Assembly (NCBI RefSeq): GCF_016127575.1
Contig: NZ_CP066019.1
Coordinates: 750,001 to 782,000, forward strand
Direction of reading: 5' to 3'
DNA: 32,000 bases
Source of the DNA: Cupriavidus necator
GTDB lineage: Bacteria > Pseudomonadota > Gammaproteobacteria > Burkholderiales > Burkholderiaceae
The position numbers were made by a program, and so were the translations under genes. The notes under the pieces were generated by a model. That model saw only the letters and a program-made list of their open reading frames with translations, was not told the origin of the DNA and ran no database searches. Positions 23,354 through 32,000 of the stretch are shown here, piece after piece. Within the stretch, counting starts at the first letter, position 1; every line of letters starts with the position of its first letter.

Positions 23354-24505
23354 TCAGGCCGCGGCCAGGGCGGGGTAGAGCAGGTCGGCGTAGCGGCGCA
23401 GGTGGTGCTCGGCCGAGCCCAGCTGCAGGTCGATCGCGGTGACGCGCTTGAAGTAGTGGCCCACGGCCAGCTCTTCGGTGACGCCCATGCCGCCGTGGAT
23501 CTGCACCGCCGCCTGGCCGACAAAGGCACCGGCCTGGCCGGCCTGGATCTTGGCCGCGCACGCCGCCTGGGCGCGTGCCTGCGGCGCGCTGGCAGCCTGC
23601 ATCGCCGCCACCTGGGTCAGCGCCACGGATTGCTCCAGCTGCACGTACATGTCGGCCATGCGGTGCTGCAGCACCTGGAAGGTGCCGATCGGCACGCCGA
23701 ACTGCTTGCGCTGGCGCGCATAGTCGATGGTGTCGGCCAGCATGCGCGCCATCGCGCCATTGGCTTCGGCACAGAGCGCGACCATGGCTTCGTCGCACAG
23801 CTGTTCGATCAGGGCAAAGGCTTCGCCTTCCGCGCCGATGCGCTGGCTCGCCGGCACCTGCACGTTGTCGAGCAGCACCTCGGCAGCACGCAGGCCGTCG
23901 AAGGTCGGGTACTCGCGCAGCGTCACGCCCGGCGTGTCGCGCGCAATCCAGAACAGGCTGATGCCGTCCCGGTCGCGGCGCGCGCCGGAGGTGCGGGCGC
24001 TGACCACCAGGTGGGTGGCGAACGGCGCGCCGACCACGGCGTGCTTGTGCCCGCTCAGCTTGTAGCCGTTGCCCTGGCGCGTGGCGCCGGCCTGCACGTC
24101 GTGGCGGCAGTAGCGGCTGGCGGGTTCGGCGTGGGCCCAGGCGGCGGTGGCTTCGCCGCCGATGATGGCCGGCACCCACTGCGCGGCCAGCTCGGGGCTG
24201 CCGTGCATCAGCGCGCCCCCGCCCAGCACCACGGTGCCCAGGTAGGGCTCCAGCGCCAGGTGGCGGCCCAGTTGTTCCATCACGATCATGTGCTCGGCCG
24301 CGCCGCCGCCCAGGCCACCGAGCGCCTCGGGGTAGGCCGCGCCGAGAATGCCGAGCTCGCGGGCGAATGCGCGCCAGCAGTCCGGGCGCCAGCCCGCGGC
24401 GGACTGCACGGCAGCGCGGCGGGCTTCGAAATCATAGTGGTCGGCCAGGTAACGCGCGAGCGTGTCGCGCAGCATCGACTGTTCTTCGCTGAACTGGAAA
24501 TCCAC
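23354..24505 (-). CDS. Acyl-CoA dehydrogenase family protein, 383 aa
   Basis: GTG at 24505 follows AAGGAG and gives VDFQFSEEQSMLRDTLARYL, a typical ACAD N-terminus. The longer 478-aa ORF extension has no RBS and extends across the divergent promoter region into the start of the ligase gene (24760). Confidence 0.85.
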   Translation of the reverse strand: MDFQFSEEQSMLRDTLARYLADHYDFEARRAAVQSAAGWRPDCWRAFARELGILGAAYPEALGGLGGGAAEHMIVMEQLGRHLALEPYLGTVVLGGGALMHGSPELAAQWVPAIIGGEATAAWAHAEPASRYCRHDVQAGATRQGNGYKLSGHKHAVVGAPFATHLVVSARTSGARRDRDGISLFWIARDTPGVTLREYPTFDGLRAAEVLLDNVQVPASQRIGAEGEAFALIEQLCDEAMVALCAEANGAMARMLADTIDYARQRKQFGVPIGTFQVLQHRMADMYVQLEQSVALTQVAAMQAASAPQARAQAACAAKIQAGQAGAFVGQAAVQIHGGMGVTEELAVGHYFKRVTAIDLQLGSAEHHLRRYADLLYPALAAA

Positions 24506-24585
24506 CTTGGCTCCTTCGGAATGGGGGTGAGGCGTGATTGCAGTAGTCTGGCGGGCATCATCCTGCCAGGCCGCCCGGTGGCGCA

Positions 24586-24601
24586 TCGTCGCATCGGACG
24601 A
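24586..24601. promoter_or_regulatory. Motif copy 1 (14/16 match) of the shared palindrome TCGTCGCTTCCGACGA
   Basis: TCGTCGCATCGGACGA, about 81 nt upstream of the ACAD start at 24505. Confidence 0.45.
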
Positions 24602-24665
24602 AGCTGTTCCGGCGCGAACGCAGCCCTTTTTTGTGGCACTGCGGCAAAACGGTGGCGGTGCCGCT

Positions 24666-24681
24666 TCGTCGCTTCCGACGA
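24666..24681. promoter_or_regulatory. Motif copy 2 (exact) TCGTCGCTTCCGACGA
   Basis: TCGTCG-N4-CGACGA, 79 nt upstream of the ligase ATG at 24760. With its flanks it forms a 21-nt inverted repeat with copy 1. Confidence 0.5.
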
Positions 24682-24759
24682 TGGTTGAACCGGCTGGGGT
24701 TCCGAGAATGCGGTACCGGCATCCGCCAACACACCGACACCCTCGAGGAGTCCAACGCC

Positions 24760-26307
24760 ATGCATCCGCACATCCACGCGCAGCGCACACCCGAAAAACC
24801 AGCCGTCATCATGGGTGGCAGCGGCGCAGTCGTCACCTACCGCGAACTGGACGAACGCTCGAACCAGGTCGCCCACCTGTTCCGCAGCCAGGGACTGCAG
24901 CCCGGTGACCGCGTGGCGTTCATGGTCGAGAATCATCCGCGCCTGTTCGAACTGTGCTGGGGCGCGCAGCGCAGCGGCATTGTCTATGTCTGCCTGAGCA
25001 CGCGGCTGAACGTGGCCGATGCCGCCCACATCATCAATGACAGCGGCGCCAGGCTGCTGGTCACCACGCACGCGCAGGCCGAGGTCGCGGCAGCCCTGGC
25101 CGGGCAGACGCCGGCCTTGCGCGGCAGGCTGATGCTGGACGGCACAATGCCGGGCTATGACGCGTACGAGACCGCGCTGGCGCGCTGCCCGGCAACGCGC
25201 ATCGATGACGAAGTGACCGGCGGCGACATGCTGTATTCGTCCGGCACCACGGGCCGGCCCAAGGGAGTGTATGCGCCGCCATCAAGCCCGAATATCGACG
25301 ATCCCACGACCCTGACCAGCCTGTGCCAGCGGCTCTATGGCTTCGATGCCGAGACGCGCTACCTGTCGCCCGCGCCGCTGTACCACGCGGCGCCGCTGCG
25401 CTACAACATGACCGTGCAGGCGCTGGGCGGGACCGCGGTGGTGATGGAGCATTTCGATGCCGAGCACTATCTGCAGCTGGTGCAGCAGCACCGCATCACG
25501 CATACGCAGCTGGTACCGACGATGTTCTCGCGCATGCTCAAGCTGCCCGAGGCGCAGCGCCAGGCCTATGATGTGTCGTCGCTGCGCGTGGCGATCCACG
25601 CGGCCGCGCCGTGCCCGGTGCAGGTCAAGGAAGCCATGATCGCGTGGTGGGGGCCGGTGATCTGGGAGTACTACGCCGGGACGGAGGGCAACGGCGTGAC
25701 CGTGGTCAGCACGCCGGAGTGGCTGGAGCGCAAGGGCACGGTGGGCCGGGCCATGGTCGGCAAGCTGCGCATCTGCGGGCCGGACGGCGCGCTGCTGCCG
25801 CCGGGCGAATCGGGCACGATCTACTTTGCCGAAGGCCGCGACTTTTCGTACCACAACGACGAGGCCAAGACCGCGGAGTCGCGCCACCCGCAGCAGCCGG
25901 ACTGGAGCACCATCGGCGATGTCGGCTACGTGGATGCGGACGGCTACCTGTACCTGACCGACCGCAAGGCCAACATGATCATCTCCGGCGGCGTCAACAT
26001 CTACCCGCAGGAGGCCGAGAACCTGCTGATGACGCATCCCAAGGTGATGGACGTGGCCGTGATCGGCGTGCCCAACGAGGACTTCGGCGAAGAGGTCAAG
26101 GCCGTGGTGCAGCCCGTCGACATGAGCCAGGCCGGTCCCGAGCTGGCCGCGGAACTGATCGCGTTCTGCCGCGCCAACCTGTCGGCCATCAAGTGCCCGC
26201 GCTCGGTCGACTTCGCGTCCGAGCTGCCGCGCCTGCCGACCGGTAAGCTGCTCAAGCGGCTGCTGCGCGACCGCTACTGGGGCGGCCACGCCAACAAGCT
26301 GGTGTAG
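24760..26307 (+). CDS. AMP-dependent acyl-CoA synthetase/ligase, 515 aa
   Basis: YSSGTTGRPKGV AMP-binding motif, YAGTEG, GDVGYVDADGYLYLTDR, C-terminal PRLPTGKLLKR. GAGGAG RBS upstream of ATG 24760. Confidence 0.9.
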   Translation: MHPHIHAQRTPEKPAVIMGGSGAVVTYRELDERSNQVAHLFRSQGLQPGDRVAFMVENHPRLFELCWGAQRSGIVYVCLSTRLNVADAAHIINDSGARLLVTTHAQAEVAAALAGQTPALRGRLMLDGTMPGYDAYETALARCPATRIDDEVTGGDMLYSSGTTGRPKGVYAPPSSPNIDDPTTLTSLCQRLYGFDAETRYLSPAPLYHAAPLRYNMTVQALGGTAVVMEHFDAEHYLQLVQQHRITHTQLVPTMFSRMLKLPEAQRQAYDVSSLRVAIHAAAPCPVQVKEAMIAWWGPVIWEYYAGTEGNGVTVVSTPEWLERKGTVGRAMVGKLRICGPDGALLPPGESGTIYFAEGRDFSYHNDEAKTAESRHPQQPDWSTIGDVGYVDADGYLYLTDRKANMIISGGVNIYPQEAENLLMTHPKVMDVAVIGVPNEDFGEEVKAVVQPVDMSQAGPELAAELIAFCRANLSAIKCPRSVDFASELPRLPTGKLLKRLLRDRYWGGHANKLV

Positions 26308-26464
26308 GGCCGTCTGCCGCTGCCCGCATTTTCGCGAGTGCGGCGGTTTACGTCATAATCCTCCGTTACATCACAGCCACGGCCCGCCTGCCTGCATCCG
26401 CAGCGCGGGCGGGCGCATCGCGCGGCCTGCAACGGCAGCGATGTGCGGGAGACGACAACAGCCA

Positions 26465-29227
26465 ATGGCAAGTATCGAGGAGACCGGACGGCGCGCGCCG
26501 CCGCCCGCCGGCGCCGCATCGCTGGCGGCCAAACTGCGTCCGCCGCTGCTGACCCCGTTCCAGGTCGAGCGCGCGGCGATCTGCGAGACCGTGTGCGCGG
26601 CCGGTTTCGTCAAGCTTGTGCTGGTGCGTGCACCGGCGGGCTTCGGCAAGACCACGGCCATGCTCCAGTGTCGCGCGCGCCTGGAGGCCGCGGGCGGGCG
26701 CACCGCCTGGCTGACGCTGGATCGGTCGGACAATGATGCCTCGCGCTTTCTGGGGTCGGTCGAAGCTGCCATCGCGCAGGGCCTGGGCGGCGGCGGCCCC
26801 GGCCGGTCCGCGCACGCGACGCTGGCACAGGATCCCGGCGAGCAGGCGCTCGCGCTGATCGACCGCCTGGCCAGCCATAACGGCGCCTTCACGCTGTTCC
26901 TCGATGATTTCGAAGCGATCCAGAACGCCGCCGTGACCGGGCTGGTCTGGCAACTGGTGGAAAGCCTGCCGCCCGGCTGCCGCGTGGTGATCGGCACGCG
27001 CTGGGTTCCGGAATCCGGCCTGGGCCGCCTGCGCGCGCGCGGCGAGCTGCTTGAGATCGAACCCGCGCAGCTGCGTTTTTCCGCCAGCGAAACTGCATCC
27101 TTCCTGCGCCGTGCGCGCGGGCTGAAGCTGGAGCAGGCGGCCATCAGCGTGCTGCACCGGCGTACCGAGGGCTGGGCCACGGCATTGTGGCTGGCGTCAG
27201 TCGCGCTGGAGCGGCGCAGCCAGCCAGAGGGTTTTATCGCCGGCTTCTCCGGCTCCAACGCGGCGATTGCCGACTACCTGGTCGAAGACGTATTCCTGCA
27301 CCTGCCCGAGGCGGTGCGCGACTTCCTGCTGCGCACCTCGATCCTGGACCAGTTGTGCGGACCGCTGTGCGACGCCGTGTGCAAGCCCGCGACAGCTGGC
27401 AGCAGCGACGAGATCCTGGCCTGGCTGGAGCGCGCCAACCTGTTCCTGCTGCCGCTGGAGAGCGAACGCTATGGCGAGCGTGGCTCCGGTGCGGCATCGG
27501 AGCAGTGGTACCGCTATCACAGCCTCTTTTCCGGCTTCCTGCGCGGCCAGCTGGCGCAGGCCATGCCTGACGCCGTGCCGCAGCTGCACCTGTCGGCATC
27601 GCGCTGGTATGAGTCGCAGGGGCGCCCGGTGCCCGCCATCGAGCATGCCTTCGCGGCCGGTGCGCTGGCGCGCGCGCTGCCGTTGCTGGACGGCGCCGCG
27701 GACGACCTGCTGGCGCAGGGCCGCATGCGCCTGCTGACGCGCTGGCTGGAGGCGGTGCCGGCGGAAGAACTGGCGCGCTGGCCCAAGCTGCAGATCGCGC
27801 GCGTGTGGGCGGTGTCGTTCACGCGCGGCCCGGCCGAAGCCATCGCCCTGCTGCAGCAGATCCCCACCGAGGGCGCGGCCGGCGACCTGCTGGCGCATAT
27901 CCGCGCGCTGCGCCACATGCTGCTGAACATGATGGACCGCTTCGACGATGCGCGCGCCTTCGCCCGCAATGAGCTGCCGCCGTTGCCGATGGGCTATGCC
28001 TTCCCCGATGCGATCCTGGGCACGTCGATGGCACGCCTGGCTGCGGTCGCCGGCGACTACCCGGAGGCGCGCCGGCTGCTGCAGGTGGCACGGCACGCGG
28101 TGCGAGGCTCGGACAGCAATTTCAACAAGATTTTCTCGGAATCGGTCGAAGGGCTGATCGACCTGCGCCAGGGGCGGCTGCAGCAGGCGCTGGCGCGGTT
28201 TCGCATCGCCGCCAGCACGATGCTGCCGAACCGCTTCGGGCCCACCAACGGCAATGCCATGGCCGGCATCCTGCTGGCCGAAGGCCTGTACGAGAGCGGT
28301 GATTCCGAGCGCGCCAGCCGATTGCTCAACGTCTACCTGCCGCTGTCGCGCGACCTCGGGCTGCCTGACCAGATCATCACCGGGCACACGGTGCTGGCCC
28401 GCATTGCCTTCGAGCGCGGCGAAGCCGACCAGGCGCATGAATGGCTGGCGCAACTGGAAGCGCTGGGGCACCACCGCGGGCTGACGCGGCTGGTGATGGC
28501 GGCAATGCTGGAGCGCGCACGGCTGGCACTGCGCCAGGGCAATGTTCACGCGGCGCAGGAGGCGATCGAACGCGCCGCCGATCCGGCGCTGTGGCGCACG
28601 CGGCCCGGGGTCAGCTCCTTTGCCAGCGATGTCGAGGACATCACCCTTGGCCGGCTGCGGCTGGACCTGTATGCGCGCCCGGGCACGCCGGTGCGCGAGG
28701 TCATCGAGCGCGAGCTGGCGGCTGCCGCCGGCAACCAGCTGATGCGCCGCGCGCTCAAGCTGCGCATCCTGCTGGCGCAGGCGTGCCAGCGCACCGGCGA
28801 CGGCGCGCACGCGCTGGTGGTGATGGGCGAGGCGCTGCGTTTCGGCGCTGCCGAAGGCTTTGTCCGCATCTTTGCCGACGAGGGCGACGATGTGCGCAGG
28901 CTGGTGGCCGATGCCTGCTCGCGCCAGTCGGCCAGCCTGCCTGCCCCCTATGTGGAAAGGCTGCTGCAGGCCTGCGGCCAGGCCGGGAGCGAGCAGGCCG
29001 CCGGTACCGGCCGGCCGGCGCCGGCGGCGCTGGTGGAGCCGCTGACGCCCAAGGAGCAGAAGGTGCTGCAACTGCTGGCCGAGGGCTATTCCAATGTGGC
29101 CATGGCCGAGCGCCTGTTCGTGTCCGAAACCACGGTGCGCACGCACCTGCGCAATATCAGCGCCAAGCTGCACGCCAGCAACCGCACCCAGGCGGTGGCC
29201 ATTGCACGCCAGCTCGGGCTGCTCTGA
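26465..29227 (+). CDS. Large ATP-binding LuxR-family (LAL / MalT-like, STAND NTPase) transcriptional regulator, about 920 aa
   Basis: Walker A APAGFGKTT near the N-terminus, a long helical-repeat middle, and a C-terminal LuxR HTH (LTPKEQKVLQLLAEGYSNVAMAERLFVSETTVRTHLRNISAKL). Start is 26465 or 26441. A possible -10 CATAAT lies at 26354-26359. Confidence 0.88.
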   Translation: MASIEETGRRAPPPAGAASLAAKLRPPLLTPFQVERAAICETVCAAGFVKLVLVRAPAGFGKTTAMLQCRARLEAAGGRTAWLTLDRSDNDASRFLGSVEAAIAQGLGGGGPGRSAHATLAQDPGEQALALIDRLASHNGAFTLFLDDFEAIQNAAVTGLVWQLVESLPPGCRVVIGTRWVPESGLGRLRARGELLEIEPAQLRFSASETASFLRRARGLKLEQAAISVLHRRTEGWATALWLASVALERRSQPEGFIAGFSGSNAAIADYLVEDVFLHLPEAVRDFLLRTSILDQLCGPLCDAVCKPATAGSSDEILAWLERANLFLLPLESERYGERGSGAASEQWYRYHSLFSGFLRGQLAQAMPDAVPQLHLSASRWYESQGRPVPAIEHAFAAGALARALPLLDGAADDLLAQGRMRLLTRWLEAVPAEELARWPKLQIARVWAVSFTRGPAEAIALLQQIPTEGAAGDLLAHIRALRHMLLNMMDRFDDARAFARNELPPLPMGYAFPDAILGTSMARLAAVAGDYPEARRLLQVARHAVRGSDSNFNKIFSESVEGLIDLRQGRLQQALARFRIAASTMLPNRFGPTNGNAMAGILLAEGLYESGDSERASRLLNVYLPLSRDLGLPDQIITGHTVLARIAFERGEADQAHEWLAQLEALGHHRGLTRLVMAAMLERARLALRQGNVHAAQEAIERAADPALWRTRPGVSSFASDVEDITLGRLRLDLYARPGTPVREVIERELAAAAGNQLMRRALKLRILLAQACQRTGDGAHALVVMGEALRFGAAEGFVRIFADEGDDVRRLVADACSRQSASLPAPYVERLLQACGQAGSEQAAGTGRPAPAALVEPLTPKEQKVLQLLAEGYSNVAMAERLFVSETTVRTHLRNISAKLHASNRTQAVAIARQLGLL

Positions 29228-29231
29228 GGCC

Positions 29232-29257
29232 GCGCGCGCAGGTCAGCCCGCGCGCGC
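29232..29257. terminator. GC-rich hairpin between convergent genes (LAL regulator and nitroreductase)
   Basis: GCGCGCGCAGG-TCAG-CCCGCGCGCGC with one mismatch. There is no U-run, so its function as a terminator is uncertain. Confidence 0.35.
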
Positions 29258-29264
29258 TTGCGGC

Positions 29265-32000
<2,736 letters not shown>

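Noticed and set aside
26308-26350. Possible terminator hairpin after the acyl-CoA synthetase gene (CCGCA...TGCGG followed by TTT)
   Set aside because: The stem is only about 5 bp with a 10-nt loop and a very short U-run. That is not convincing.

Overview
GC-rich window (roughly two-thirds G+C by eye). It looks like an accessory catabolic region of a Burkholderiales genome of the Cupriavidus/Ralstonia type; that guess rests on the two Bug/TctC-type binding proteins, the REP-like palindromes and the third-position GC bias. I support 27 protein-coding genes. I found no rRNA, tRNA, CRISPR array, transposase or integrase.

Three blocks:
1. 1-11148, plus strand. One long, tightly packed and partly overlapping operon: C-terminus of an oxygenase alpha subunit, SDR, cupin, embedded IclR regulator, SDR, ThDP enzyme, aspartate-dehydrogenase-like protein, aldehyde dehydrogenase, VOC/extradiol-dioxygenase-like protein and a phthalate-dioxygenase-reductase-type reductase. 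An inverted REP pair and an MFS transporter follow.
2. 11210-21497. A MarR gene divergent from an operon of Bug receptor, molybdenum hydroxylase (large, FAD, 2Fe-2S subunits), CoxG-like protein, a second IclR (about 86% identical to the first) and a second Bug receptor. This converges on a flavin monooxygenase plus a third IclR.
3. 22073-32000. Two adjacent acyl-CoA dehydrogenases divergent from an acyl-CoA synthetase, then a MalT/LAL-type LuxR regulator, a nitroreductase plus enoyl-CoA hydratase operon, and a divergent nitronate-monooxygenase-family gene that runs off the window.

Best candidates for undescribed biology:
- The SDR / ThDP-enzyme / AspDH-like / ALDH cassette inside the oxygenase operon.
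- The paired IclR paralogs linking blocks 1 and 2.
- A 16-bp palindromic motif shared by both divergent promoters of block 3.

All functional calls come from reading motifs in the translations. No database search was run.
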